A stretch of 64,000 nt of DNA, from contig JAGLHE010000023.1 in assembly GCA_023143685.1 (NCBI GenBank), positions 700 through 64,699 on the forward strand, read 5' to 3'. Below the pieces are notes generated by a model, which saw only the letters and a program-made list of their open reading frames with translations, did no database searches and was not told the DNA's origin. The DNA comes from Candidatus Omnitrophota bacterium. Its GTDB lineage: Bacteria > Omnitrophota > Gorgyraeia > Zapsychrales > JANLHA01. This document shows positions 8,307 to 19,179 of this stretch, piece after piece (the stretch's first letter is position 1; every line of letters starts with the position of its first letter). Made by a program: the position numbers and the translations under genes.

Positions 8307-9272
8307 TTAATCATACCTGATTCTTGGATCCACAAACGCCAACAAAATATCGGCTAACAAATTCCCGATTAAAATAAGAATCCCACCCATCATCATGCTC
8401 GCCATAACAAGGTAAAGATCTTTAGACCGTACCGCAGTTAGCATCAAAGACCCTAATCCCGGCCAGCTATAGATAATTTCTACCAAAGCTGCCCCGCTTA
8501 AAAGGGCTGAAAATTCATATCCTAATAGCGTGACCATTGGATTAATCGCGTTACGCAATGCATGCTTATATATCACACAATTTTCAGGCAAGCCTTTAGC
8601 ACGCGCGGTTAAGACATATTGCTGACGCATGACTTCTAACATATTGCCTCGCATGATCCGCTGCAATGCTCCGATCGACCCGATCGAAATCGCCAGCATC
8701 GGGATAACCAAATGCCTGAGAAGGTCAAAGGACTTCCCCAAAAAACTCAAATCATCATAATGCGCGCTGTGCATCCCCCCTAACGGCAACCCCCCAATGC
8801 GGCTAAAAATAAAAAGCAACAGCATAGCGTAAAGAAAACTTGGTGAGGACAAGGCCATGTGAGAAAAAAACTGAACCAACCTATCACTCAAACGGTTACG
8901 CCGCACTGCGGCCCACACCCCCAACGGCAAGGCCACGGACCATGTAAATAAAAATCCCGCCAACGAAAGGATAAAAGTATTGAATAATCGTGAGGAAATA
9001 ATTTTCGCGACAGGGACATTATAAAAAAATGAATGCCCTAAATCTCCCTGGATAAAATTCCACAACCATGCGCCATATTGTTCCCAAAACGGGCTGTTCA
9101 AACGATAAAGCTTTTCATAACGCTCGATGGTTTGTTGAGAAATCTGCGGATCGAGTTTCAAGGTGTCAAAAAAATTGCCCGGCGTCAACTGAATCAACGC
9201 GAATGTGATCAAAGAGATCCCGATTAATTGAGGAATGGCAATTAATAATCGTCTAATAATTAATTTTAACAT
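8307..9272 (-). CDS. Oligopeptide/dipeptide ABC transporter permease (OppB/DppB type)
   Basis: Starts MLKLIIRRLLIAIPQLIGISLITF, the typical OppB N-terminus, with EAA loop YVLTARAKGLPENCVIYKHALRNAINP. I moved the start to Met34 of the ORF (ATG at 9272) because the 33-aa leader is non-homologous and runs into the repeat-rich spacer. Confidence 0.88.
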   Translation of the reverse strand: MLKLIIRRLLIAIPQLIGISLITFALIQLTPGNFFDTLKLDPQISQQTIERYEKLYRLNSPFWEQYGAWLWNFIQGDLGHSFFYNVPVAKIISSRLFNTFILSLAGFLFTWSVALPLGVWAAVRRNRLSDRLVQFFSHMALSSPSFLYAMLLLFIFSRIGGLPLGGMHSAHYDDLSFLGKSFDLLRHLVIPMLAISIGSIGALQRIMRGNMLEVMRQQYVLTARAKGLPENCVIYKHALRNAINPMVTLLGYEFSALLSGAALVEIIYSWPGLGSLMLTAVRSKDLYLVMASMMMGGILILIGNLLADILLAFVDPRIRYD

Positions 9273-9300
9273 AACATTATTCCGTGGCTCGCATCTGCGC

Positions 9301-11070
9301 TCATCTGCGCTTTTTATCTGCGTTGATCTGTGTTTCCATATAAATATGTTCCAAATTATGAAATGCTCCACCCAGGCTCGTGGGATTCAAACCCACGACA
9401 CGATTGCGGGTCGCAAACACACTACTCCCCAACACCGTATAAATCACTGGCAATTCTTTCGAAACAATCCTCTGATGTTGATCATACAATTTTTTTCGTT
9501 TATTTTCATTCAGCTCCTGAACACCTTTATTAAAAATCTCATCAATCTTTTTTTCCCACGATGTCGCCGGACTTTCTTGCCGGGGATACCACATATGCAG
9601 TCCACCGCTTGAATCCCAAACATTCTTCCCGAAATGCGGCTCTACCCCGCCGGTTAACCCGATGATCATCGCATCCCATTCAAAAGTCGCGGTTAACTTA
9701 CTTACCAAATTATTAAACTCTAACGGCAAAAAATTAACTTTCATCCCAAGCTTTTGTAGATCATGACGAATGATTGAAGCAATCTGAACCCTTTCTGTCC
9801 CGCCTGAATTCGTATATAAATTAAATTCCAATTTATGACCCTGCTTATCCTCAAGAACCCCGTCTCCATCCCGATCACGAAACCCTTGTTTATCCAAAAT
9901 CTTTTTAGCTTTCTCTAAATCATAATCATATTGATGAACATCCTCATTATAAAAAAAGCCCGCGCTCGGACTCATGGCTGAAGACTGGGGATACCCTAAC
10001 CCATTCATGACAATTTCAATAATTTTATCTTTATCTATCGCATGCGCGACCGCTCGACGAAAATCGCGATTCACAAACCATGCTAATTTATGTTCACAGA
10101 CAAACGGTTTATCTGTTTCCGGATTCATTCCGCGATTTTGATTAAAAGTAATAAAATTGGTTCCGAATGCCGGGCCTACATCATAAACCGTAAAATTGCC
10201 GTGCTTCTCTAACGGCTTAATCAACGGGAAATCAGCTCCACGTAAACTTAAATAATCCAATTCGCCATCCATAAATTTCAACAATGTCACATCCGGATTC
10301 TGAATAATCAGATAAACTATCTTCTCAATAAATGGAAGCTGTTCTCCTTCATCATTGGTCTGCCAATAACGAGGATTCCTGTGAAAGGACAGGCGTTCTC
10401 CCGGTCGATATTCCGTCAGCTTATACGGGCCTGTTCCAACAATATTTACCGGCGGGGTATCGATACCCCATGTAAAATTAAATTTTCCCTCTTCTACTGA
10501 TTTTCGCAAAAGATGTCCCGGAAGAATCTCTTGAGTCATACCCCGCAAAAACGGAGCAAACTTCACCGGTAAAGTAAACTTAACCGTAAAATCATCCAGC
10601 TTTTCAACCACAAACTCTTTTTCTTCAATCGTAAAGATATCCCGTGCCGAACTTGGAATATCATCATTATAAATAAGTTCATTAAAGGTAAAGACCACGT
10701 CATCTGCCGTAAAAGGATGCCCATCTGTCCACAATACATCTTGCCGCAGATAAAACGTCCACGTCAACCCATCGCCAGAGGCCTCCCACCGCTCTGCCAA
10801 CAAAGGTTCCACCTGGCCTGTGACACCGCTGGTTGTGGTCAGTCCTTCAAAAATATGACCAGTCACCATAGTTGTTGAGGTTTCTTTTGCTGTGATCGCG
10901 TTAAAAGATTTTGGATCAGACGTGGTTGAAAGCACTAACGTCCCTCCATATTTAGAGGAAGGCTGACTTTCGGCATAAACAGAATTTACCCCCAGGAGAA
11001 ACAGAATAATTAAAGGATAAATTTTAGATACACGAAGAAGGGATTTCAAGAAAAGATTTTTTTTTGCCAT
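9301..11070 (-). CDS. ABC transporter substrate-binding protein, family 5 (peptide/nickel, OppA/DppA-like)
   Basis: Signal peptide MAKKNLFLKSLLRVSKIYPLIILFLLGVNSVYA. 589 aa, the usual size for this family, and first gene of the opp operon. Family-5 style segments include LVLSTTSDPKSFN and WTDGHPFTADDVVFTF. The last roughly 12 codons are encoded by the ATCTGCG repeat tract. Confidence 0.85.
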   Translation of the reverse strand: MAKKNLFLKSLLRVSKIYPLIILFLLGVNSVYAESQPSSKYGGTLVLSTTSDPKSFNAITAKETSTTMVTGHIFEGLTTTSGVTGQVEPLLAERWEASGDGLTWTFYLRQDVLWTDGHPFTADDVVFTFNELIYNDDIPSSARDIFTIEEKEFVVEKLDDFTVKFTLPVKFAPFLRGMTQEILPGHLLRKSVEEGKFNFTWGIDTPPVNIVGTGPYKLTEYRPGERLSFHRNPRYWQTNDEGEQLPFIEKIVYLIIQNPDVTLLKFMDGELDYLSLRGADFPLIKPLEKHGNFTVYDVGPAFGTNFITFNQNRGMNPETDKPFVCEHKLAWFVNRDFRRAVAHAIDKDKIIEIVMNGLGYPQSSAMSPSAGFFYNEDVHQYDYDLEKAKKILDKQGFRDRDGDGVLEDKQGHKLEFNLYTNSGGTERVQIASIIRHDLQKLGMKVNFLPLEFNNLVSKLTATFEWDAMIIGLTGGVEPHFGKNVWDSSGGLHMWYPRQESPATSWEKKIDEIFNKGVQELNENKRKKLYDQHQRIVSKELPVIYTVLGSSVFATRNRVVGLNPTSLGGAFHNLEHIYMETQINADKKRR

Positions 11071-11086
11071 TCAATTTCCATACTAC

Positions 11087-11137
11087 AAAAAATTGATCCC
11101 ACATGAATCCTTAAACGATTAAAAATTCACATGGGAT
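11087..11137 (-). terminator. Rho-independent terminator after secG
   Basis: On the minus-strand RNA a 13-bp stem, AUCCCAUGUGAAU / AUUCAUGUGGGAU (11125-11137 with 11096-11108), forms with two central G-U pairs. These pair only in the minus sense. The loop is 16 nt, followed by CAAUUUUUUG (plus-strand A-run 11087-11092). Confidence 0.75.
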
Positions 11138-11154
11138 ATAATAATCATTTAAAA

Positions 11155-11523
11155 CTATTCTTCTTTTGCTTCCGGAGTCGCGATAGCAGGCTCTTGTTCC
11201 GGCGCCTCCTTTTGAACAGTTTCTTCCGGGCCTGGCAACTCTTCAGACTTTTCCTGCCCAACAACATCCTCGACAGTTGTCGGCGAAATCAAGGACTGAT
11301 CTTTTTTGGCTGAAAGACGAGCCAGTGTCACACTCGTAGCCAAAAAAACGCATGTCAAAATTGTTGTTGCCCGAACCATAAACTCATTTGTCTTTGCGCC
11401 AAACATGGATTCCGCTGACGCGAAACTTTCTGTCAATCCACCGCCACGGCCGGATTGCATTAAAATCACAACTATCAGCAATACAGCTGCTGCGGTATGA
11501 ACAAAAATAAATAACCCCGTCAT
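11155..11523 (-). CDS. secG: Preprotein translocase subunit SecG, with an extended acidic C-terminal tail
   Basis: HTAAAVLLIVVILMQSGRGGGL..FGA, followed by a second TM helix (TTILTCVFLATSVTLARL), is the SecG pattern. Conserved pgk-tpiA-secG synteny. The roughly 45-aa tail is rich in E, P and K. Confidence 0.88.
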   Translation of the reverse strand: MTGLFIFVHTAAAVLLIVVILMQSGRGGGLTESFASAESMFGAKTNEFMVRATTILTCVFLATSVTLARLSAKKDQSLISPTTVEDVVGQEKSEELPGPEETVQKEAPEQEPAIATPEAKEE

Positions 11524-11593
11524 CTTCTTCTCTCTTTCGTTAAGCTCTCTATTTCACTTTTTCCGTTGCCCGTAGCACGTAGCTCGTAGCCCG

Positions 11594-12361
11594 TTACTTC
11601 TCAATCCCGCATGAATTCTTCACAATCGCCGCAAAAGAATCCGCCTTTAAACTCGCGCCTCCAACCAACGCACCATCAATATCCGGCTGGCCCATCAACT
11701 CTTTTGTGTTTTCCGACTTAACACTTCCGCCATACTGGATACGTGTTGCACCCGCGATCTCTCCGTTAAACATCTCTGCCAAGAGATCCCGAATAAATCT
11801 ATGAACTTCCTGCGCCTGATCCGGTGTCGCTGTTTTTCCTGTTCCGATCGCCCATACCGGCTCATAAGCAATAATGATTTTTCCCATTTCCTCAGCAGTC
11901 AAATCCTTCAAACCACCCTGGCATTGAGCCTTAATCACATCAAAAGTCTTATCAGCCTCGCGTTCTTCCAGCATTTCGCCTACACAAACAATAGGAAGAA
12001 GATCGCTCTTTAACGCGGCCTTAATTCTTTTATTAACAGTCTCATCCGTCTCTCCAAAAAACTGACGCCTCTCAGAATGTCCGATAATAACATATTGAAC
12101 ACCTAAATCTTTAAGCATAGGCCCTGAAATCTCGCCGGTAAAAGCACCGGAATCTTCCCAATAAATATTTTGTGCACCCAGCCCTATTCCTGATTCATCC
12201 AGTGCGTCGCGTGCATCAGCTAACGCAATAAATGTCGGACAAACAACTGAATCAACTTCTGAAATATCACTTAAATCTCTTTTCAACAAATTAATCAATT
12301 CAGTTGTTTCCTTTGCGGTTTTGTTTAATTTCCAATTTCCTGCAATGATGATTTTTCTCAT
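11594..12361 (-). CDS. tpiA: Triosephosphate isomerase
   Basis: MRKIIIAGNWKLNKT, IIGHSERR, AYEPVWAIGTGKTATP and YGGSVK are canonical TIM motifs. AAAGGA SD upstream. Confidence 0.96.
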   Translation of the reverse strand: MRKIIIAGNWKLNKTAKETTELINLLKRDLSDISEVDSVVCPTFIALADARDALDESGIGLGAQNIYWEDSGAFTGEISGPMLKDLGVQYVIIGHSERRQFFGETDETVNKRIKAALKSDLLPIVCVGEMLEEREADKTFDVIKAQCQGGLKDLTAEEMGKIIIAYEPVWAIGTGKTATPDQAQEVHRFIRDLLAEMFNGEIAGATRIQYGGSVKSENTKELMGQPDIDGALVGGASLKADSFAAIVKNSCGIEK

Positions 12362-12434
12362 TTTTTATTCCTTTCGATTAACACAGATGAACACTGATAC
12401 TAAAACGCTGACGAGCACAAATAGTTATGCTCAA

Positions 12435-13619
12435 TTATTTATCCCCAAGAGCCGCGATACCCGGCAACTCTTTACCTTCTAACAACTCCAATGACGCGCC
12501 ACCACCGGTTGAGATGTGCGTCATACCTTCTTCACAATTAAACTTGCCAACTGCTGCGGCTGTATCCCCGCCACCAACAATCGAAGTTACTTGATCTAAT
12601 CCGGAGATGTATTGTGCCAAATCCTTAGTCCCCTCCGCATACGCGTCATACTCAAAAACCCCGACAGGCCCATTCCAAACAATAGTCTTGGCAGTAGATA
12701 AAATATCCTTAAATTTCTTTCGTGTATCAGGACCGATATCCACCCCTTCCCATCCATCATCAATATCACCAGAGACTATCCTGGCTTCTTCCTGTTTGGC
12801 AAAATCCGTCACAACCACATAATCCCGTGAAATCTCAATATTGACCCCTGCTTCCTGCGCCTTTGCAAGAATGGACTTTGCTGTATCAATCTTATCTTCC
12901 TCTAAAAGAGAAATCCCGATTTGTGTTCCTTGTGCCTTTAAAAATGTATACGCCATCCCGCCACCAATCAAAATCGCATCAACCTTAGACAACATGTTTT
13001 CAATCAACATAATCTTGTCAGAAACCTTTGCCCCGCCCAAAATCAAAACAAAAGGTTTTTCAGGGTTCTCTACAACCTGCCCCAAATAATTAATCTCTTT
13101 CTCCAAAAGAAACCCTGCCGCAGCAGGGAGATACTTAGCCGTCCCCTCTGTAGAAGCATGCGCGCGATGAGCTGTTCCAAAGGCATCATTAACATACACA
13201 TCTGCTAAAGAAGCAAGTTCTTTCGCAAACTCCGGATCATTTTTTGTTTCTTCCTTATGGAACCTCAAATTCTCTAAAAGGATAACCTTCTCTTCACTGG
13301 AATCCACAGCTTCTTTAACACTAGCGCCGATACAGTCATCCAGCTTCAAAACCTTTTGCCCTAAAAGTTCCTCCAGTTTTGCAGCAACAGGGGTTAAGCG
13401 CATTTTCTCAACTACTTCCCCTTTAGGACGCCCTAAATGACTCATCAAAATTATTTTTGCCGGATCTTGCTCTAAAATGTACTGAATAGTTGGTAATGCG
13501 GCTGCTATCCGCCTGTCATCTGTAATATTCAAATTTTCATCCAACGGCACGTTAAAGTCAACGCGCACAATAACTTTCTTCCCTTTCAAATCCAAATCTT
13601 TAACTGTTAATTTATTCAT
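12435..13619 (-). CDS. pgk: Phosphoglycerate kinase
   Basis: [43 protein letters not shown] and [10 protein letters not shown] are canonical PGK motifs. I moved the start to Met24 of the ORF (ATG at 13619), which is preceded by GGCAGAGGAAAA. Confidence 0.96.
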   Translation of the reverse strand: MNKLTVKDLDLKGKKVIVRVDFNVPLDENLNITDDRRIAAALPTIQYILEQDPAKIILMSHLGRPKGEVVEKMRLTPVAAKLEELLGQKVLKLDDCIGASVKEAVDSSEEKVILLENLRFHKEETKNDPEFAKELASLADVYVNDAFGTAHRAHASTEGTAKYLPAAAGFLLEKEINYLGQVVENPEKPFVLILGGAKVSDKIMLIENMLSKVDAILIGGGMAYTFLKAQGTQIGISLLEEDKIDTAKSILAKAQEAGVNIEISRDYVVVTDFAKQEEARIVSGDIDDGWEGVDIGPDTRKKFKDILSTAKTIVWNGPVGVFEYDAYAEGTKDLAQYISGLDQVTSIVGGGDTAAAVGKFNCEEGMTHISTGGGASLELLEGKELPGIAALGDK

Positions 13620-13673
13620 TTTTCCTCTGCCTTGTTCTAATATTACTATATTATTTAAACTAAATTTATTTCT

Positions 13674-13701
13674 ATTATATATATCCACTGCCCTTTGTCA
13701 A
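13674..13701 (-). promoter_or_regulatory. Sigma-70-type promoter candidate for pgk-tpiA-secG
   Basis: The minus strand reads TTGACA (13701-13696), a 16-nt spacer, then TATAAT (13679-13674). It lies about 55 nt upstream of the pgk ATG, immediately after the stop of the preceding TPR gene. Confidence 0.55.
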
Positions 13702-13734
13702 CGTTGGCGAATCAAAAACTCACAATAAAATTCC

Positions 13735-14340
13735 TCACACCCCATCCGGCTTCATTTCTTTCAACTTCTTCCTCAATTCTTCTGCCAGCGAAGGGTCGCC
13801 TCTTGCACTTATTAATGCAGCCTGGTACAAAGCTTTTTCTCCCTCCCCCATCATCTGATATGTCACCCCTAATTCATACCAATACCCAAAAGGACAACCA
13901 TAGTGCGAATAACACCGATTTTGTCCTAGCTCTATCGCTTTCTGAAAAGATTTCTCTGCTCTCGTATAGGCTCCGATTTCCCGATACGTCAACCCTAACT
14001 GATGATACGCCCCATGCAAATCTCCCCCATACTGAGAGATCGCCATTTGCAATAACTGAATAGCTCTTTGATAATCTCTTTTCTCAAAATAAATTTTACC
14101 CTGTTCATAATAAACATCTGCTAACCCTGGATCAAAATAAGATGCTTTTTCATAAGCTATCAACGCTTTCTGTTTTTTGTCTTGTAGCCCATATTTTTGC
14201 CCTAACCTATAAAAGGCTTTCCCATAATGGGCAACAGGTGTCATGGCTTCGGATAAGCGCAAACACCCAAATCCCAAGATAACCACAACAAAAAACACTA
14301 TTTTTTTATAATTTTTAGAACCGTTGGGGCTGTGTAACAT
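13735..14340 (-). CDS. TPR repeat protein with N-terminal membrane anchor or signal sequence
   Basis: 201 aa with a hydrophobic N-terminus (IVFFVVVILGFGCL). About four TPR-like units follow (ALIAYEKASYFDPGLADVYYEQGKIYF, YQRAIQLLQMAI, AYHQLGLTYREIGAYTRAEKSFQKAIEL). Confidence 0.75.
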   Translation of the reverse strand: MLHSPNGSKNYKKIVFFVVVILGFGCLRLSEAMTPVAHYGKAFYRLGQKYGLQDKKQKALIAYEKASYFDPGLADVYYEQGKIYFEKRDYQRAIQLLQMAISQYGGDLHGAYHQLGLTYREIGAYTRAEKSFQKAIELGQNRCYSHYGCPFGYWYELGVTYQMMGEGEKALYQAALISARGDPSLAEELRKKLKEMKPDGV

Positions 14341-14358
14341 AAAATCTTTTTCCTCAAG

Positions 14359-15795
14359 CTACACGACTTTCTCTTCTCTGCGGGCAATATACGAAGGCAC
14401 AATAATCATTCCCATCAAAATCCACATCAAAACACCAAGCCTAACGGAATAAAAATTAGTGTCAAAAAAACTGTGGATGAGAAAACCCACAAAACTGGCC
14501 ATACTGCCAAATGACAATATCGAAAGAAAAGAACTTTCAATCTCTTTTGATCTTTTTAAAGCCGTTCGAATCAGCCTCGAAACAAGCCACAAAAATGAAA
14601 CCAAACCTAAAATACCTATCTCTGCAGCCATCTGAAGATAACAATTATGCGGATACCCTCCCCAGCTTTCTTTATAATCTTGTACCACTTTTGAGTACGT
14701 ATTTACCCCGACACCCACAACAGGGAAAGCCCGAATAATTCCCAACGCCTCTTTCCAAAATCCATCTCGGCCCATCCCACCACCACCATTAAACCTTAAA
14801 CTCTCTTTCAACATTAAGATTTTTCTATCCATCCATGAAGAAGATATGGACGCATCCTCTTGCTCATATTGATTCACAACCCTTTCAATATTTTTTGTAT
14901 TGTCTGACAAAAACGCAACATTCCGTGTTTCCGCTAATTCTGATGAAAACATTATCAAAAAAACAACGCTGATTAAAAAAAGCTGTACACTTATTTTAGG
15001 CCTCTGAATACCCAAGAATACAATGCCGCACAAAAATCCAACCCATGCTCCACGAGAAAATGTTAAACCAAGACACAGCCCAGCCCCAACAAACAAAACA
15101 ACCACACATATCTTCACAAACCATAACACCACACGTCGTCTACGAGGATCTCGCGAAGAGTCCCCATAGCCACGCGGGCTCTTAAATACCCAAAGCATTA
15201 AAAAACTTACCAAAATTAAAACAGCAACAACAAGATATGCCCCAAAATCATTAGGATGTTTAAAAACAGAAGAAACTCTACCTTCAACCAAAGAATAACC
15301 TCGAATAAAACCTGTTCCATGGAAATATTGAGTTAAGCCGTTAACAATAGTAATAAACACACCCGCAAAAAATATAACCAAAAAAATACGCATCTGCTTC
15401 TTTGTTTTCATGCACTCCACAAACGCCCAGAGCAACACCACGCCCTCAAACCATTTAGTAACAAAGCCCTTCATACTAATCCATGGATATTGACTAAAAA
15501 CAACTGACAATATATTCATCAAAACAAAGGCACCTATCGCGATATTAAGATAATTCTTGGGAGGACGTACAGAAGAAATGAAAATATTTATTTTTTGCGA
15601 AAAAGAAAGCCGTCCTTGTAATGATTTTTCTCTAAGCTCAAACGCATACAAAAAACCTCTTTTCACAAAAAAAATAAAAATAACCATAGTCGCGACGGAT
15701 TCAACCAAAGCTGTCGAGCCAGGCAAAATACCGATCAGCGAATAAAAGGAATAAACCATTATCTGGTCACACCAAAATAGTATTTTTTTACGCAT
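14359..15795 (-). CDS. O-antigen ligase/polymerase family (Wzy_C) membrane protein, paralogue 1
   Basis: Polytopic membrane protein with FSRGAWVGFLCGIVFLG and, after a hydrophilic loop, YPHNCYLQMAAEIGILGL, the Wzy_C-type H-N-x-Y/F-L motif. I moved the start to Met29 (ATG 15795) to avoid overlapping fcl. Confidence 0.75.
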   Translation of the reverse strand: MRKKILFWCDQIMVYSFYSLIGILPGSTALVESVATMVIFIFFVKRGFLYAFELREKSLQGRLSFSQKINIFISSVRPPKNYLNIAIGAFVLMNILSVVFSQYPWISMKGFVTKWFEGVVLLWAFVECMKTKKQMRIFLVIFFAGVFITIVNGLTQYFHGTGFIRGYSLVEGRVSSVFKHPNDFGAYLVVAVLILVSFLMLWVFKSPRGYGDSSRDPRRRRVVLWFVKICVVVLFVGAGLCLGLTFSRGAWVGFLCGIVFLGIQRPKISVQLFLISVVFLIMFSSELAETRNVAFLSDNTKNIERVVNQYEQEDASISSSWMDRKILMLKESLRFNGGGGMGRDGFWKEALGIIRAFPVVGVGVNTYSKVVQDYKESWGGYPHNCYLQMAAEIGILGLVSFLWLVSRLIRTALKRSKEIESSFLSILSFGSMASFVGFLIHSFFDTNFYSVRLGVLMWILMGMIIVPSYIARREEKVV

Positions 15796-15802
15796 AAAGA
15801 AA

Positions 15803-16747
<945 letters not shown>

Positions 16748-16752
16748 TTATT

Positions 16753-17778
16753 TTAGCGTGGTTTCGCGCTATTTAAAGTACCGTGCAACTCTTTCTTGAC
16801 CAAATCCATATCCGCGTCCACCATCATTCGCACTAGCTCTTTAAATTTCACCTTTGGTTTCCATTTTAATTTTTTTTGAGCCTTTGAACTGTCCCCAATC
16901 AAAATATCAACTTCTGATGGCCGAAAATATCTCTCATCAATTTCAACATATTTTTTCCAATCAAGGCCAGCATAACCGAACGCTTCCTGCAAAAACTGTT
17001 TAACCGAATAAGTTTCTCCTGTCGCAATCACATAATCATCAGGCTTATCCTGCTGCAACATTAACCACATCGCTTCCACATAATCTCCGGCAAAACCCCA
17101 ATCTCTTTTCGCGTCTAAATTCCCCAAATAGAGCCTGTCTTGAACACCATGCTGGATACGCGCCAAGGCCGTCGTGATTTTTCGCGTCACAAAAGTCTCA
17201 CCCCGACGAGGAGATTCGTGGTTAAAAAGAATTCCATTACAGGCAAAAAAATCATACGCCTCGCGATAATTAACGGTCATCCAATAAGAATAGACCTTGG
17301 CAGCGCCATAAGGACTTCGTGGATAAAAAGGTGTTTTCTCACTCTGGGGGCATTCAAAAACTTTTCCAAACATTTCAGAACTTGACGCCTGGTAAAACTT
17401 CGTCTTAATCCCTGAATCCCTTATCGCTTCCAGCAACCGGGTTGTCCCCAAAGCTGTAATTTCTCCGGTATATTCCGGGATGTCGAAACTGACACGCACA
17501 TGACTTTGCGCGCCTAAATTATAAATTTCATCAGGCTTAATTGTTTTTAAAATGCGGTTTAAGGAACTCGCATCATTCAGGTCTCCATAAACCAATTTAA
17601 GACGAACATTCCTGGCATGCGGATCCTGGTAAAAATGATCAATGCGCTCTGTATTAAAAGAACTCGACCGGCGGATAATGCCATAGACCTCATAGCCTTT
17701 TTCCAACAAAAATTCTGCTAAATATGAGCCATCTTGTCCGGTAATCCCTGTGATAAGAGCTCTTTTTCGCCGTGCCAT
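16753..17778 (-). CDS. gmd: GDP-mannose 4,6-dehydratase
   Basis: [65 protein letters not shown] and [17 protein letters not shown] are canonical Gmd motifs. Confidence 0.95.
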   Translation of the reverse strand: MARRKRALITGITGQDGSYLAEFLLEKGYEVYGIIRRSSSFNTERIDHFYQDPHARNVRLKLVYGDLNDASSLNRILKTIKPDEIYNLGAQSHVRVSFDIPEYTGEITALGTTRLLEAIRDSGIKTKFYQASSSEMFGKVFECPQSEKTPFYPRSPYGAAKVYSYWMTVNYREAYDFFACNGILFNHESPRRGETFVTRKITTALARIQHGVQDRLYLGNLDAKRDWGFAGDYVEAMWLMLQQDKPDDYVIATGETYSVKQFLQEAFGYAGLDWKKYVEIDERYFRPSEVDILIGDSSKAQKKLKWKPKVKFKELVRMMVDADMDLVKKELHGTLNSAKPR

Positions 17779-17805
17779 ATACTTTTCCCTTTGGTATCAA
17801 TATAT

Positions 17806-19116
17806 TTAAGTCTCTTTTGTAACACAAATACTACTATGTTTCAATATATTATTATATATAGCGACTGCCGCCCCCAACAAAAGCCAGAAAAAGGCCACAA
17901 GCTGCAAAGAATAAAAATTGGTATCGAAAAAGCTATGTACGAGAAAAATAAAAAGCCCAACCGTCAACCCTACAAAAACAACCCCCTCCTCTCCAGATTG
18001 CCAAAAAACTTCCAACCTTTCCCCTGCCTTCTTAAAAAACAAACCTATTATCCACAAAAAACAACTTAAGCCCACAACTCCTGTTTCTGCCGCAATCTGG
18101 ATATAACAATTATGAGCGTAAGAAGGCCAATATTCAAATTGCCCGGAGAGTTTTGTGCGGTATTCTTGAAAAAGATTCATGTAAATATTCAAACCATGCC
18201 CAAAGAAAGGGCGGTCTTTGATCATTTTAAAGCTCCCTTTCCACAAATCAACCCGCCACCGGGCTGTTGCCGTAATATTATCCGGATCAACACGAAACCG
18301 ATGCTTCATCTCTGCAGACAAAAAACTGTAGGAAAAAAACATCAATACCAATAAGCCCACAATTCCCATCACAGCAACTTTTCTCTTAGTTATCCACAGG
18401 CCAAACACCAATCCAGCTCCAAGCCCCACCCATGCTCCTCGCGAAAAACTAATAAAAACACCCCACAAAGCAAACACAAAAAACACAGCCATAAAATATC
18501 GCGCACATGATTTCTTTCTCATCACATAAAGAGCGGAAAAAACTAACGGACTGACACAGGCCAGATACCCCCCTAACATGTTGGCCTGCTTAAAAGGCCC
18601 GGTAGCCCTGCCCCCAAAAACTTCCCTGCCGCGAAATATATCATGTCCGGTAATATAAAATTGGATCAATACATCTATGCACGTTAAAAAAGTTGTCAAA
18701 AGAACAACACACAAAAATCGACGGATATATTTATCGCTAGTAAAAACCTCTAAAACTAAAAAATAAATTGCAAACCACTCTAAGGTTTTCCGTATAAACC
18801 CCTGGAGAGAAACTTCAAAAAAAGCACTTCCAACGGTCGATAACAGACAAGCACCAAGGAAAAAAGCAATAGGGACATTCAAGAAATTATCTTTAGGGCA
18901 AAATGATTTTAAAGATGAAAAAACTTTTTCTTTCAAATCAGGACGCTGACTAATCTCTTGTCTTGCAAGGATTGATCGTTTTATTATCCAGAGCAATGAC
19001 GCGGCGATAACACAACATTCAACAGCCGCTGTGCTGTATGGCAAAACAAAAACAAGTGTATAAATAAAAAATCGAATAGCTTTATCTATTCGATCCATAA
19101 CAGCAAGTGTATTCAT
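17806..19116 (-). CDS. O-antigen ligase/polymerase family (Wzy_C) membrane protein, paralogue 2
   Basis: Polytopic; FSRGAWVGLGAGLVFG and YAHNCYIQIAAETGVVGL motifs; overall layout parallels 14359-15795. Confidence 0.75.
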   Translation of the reverse strand: MNTLAVMDRIDKAIRFFIYTLVFVLPYSTAAVECCVIAASLLWIIKRSILARQEISQRPDLKEKVFSSLKSFCPKDNFLNVPIAFFLGACLLSTVGSAFFEVSLQGFIRKTLEWFAIYFLVLEVFTSDKYIRRFLCVVLLTTFLTCIDVLIQFYITGHDIFRGREVFGGRATGPFKQANMLGGYLACVSPLVFSALYVMRKKSCARYFMAVFFVFALWGVFISFSRGAWVGLGAGLVFGLWITKRKVAVMGIVGLLVLMFFSYSFLSAEMKHRFRVDPDNITATARWRVDLWKGSFKMIKDRPFFGHGLNIYMNLFQEYRTKLSGQFEYWPSYAHNCYIQIAAETGVVGLSCFLWIIGLFFKKAGERLEVFWQSGEEGVVFVGLTVGLFIFLVHSFFDTNFYSLQLVAFFWLLLGAAVAIYNNILKHSSICVTKET

Positions 19117-19179
19117 GATGAGTTAATCTTCTATCCTCCGTCTTCTGTCCTCTGTTATCCGTCCTCCGTCTTCTGTCCT

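Noticed and set aside
5282-11070. The Opp/Dpp-type ABC system as the exporter for the glycan locus.
   Set aside because: It has an extracytoplasmic family-5 binding protein and importer-type permeases with EAA loops. It is also separated from the glycan genes by the pgk-tpiA-secG operon and a terminator. This is a peptide importer.
13620-13688. 23-codon N-terminal extension of pgk in the ORF track (start at 13688).
   Set aside because: The extension (MDIYNRNKFSLNNIVILEQGRGK) is not PGK-like and would run through the SD and the 5-prime UTR. The internal ATG at 13619 gives the canonical [11 protein letters not shown] start. Similar trimming was applied at 9272, 15795, 21672, 22577, 29162, 33255, 38680, 40278, 49888, 57008 and 62422.
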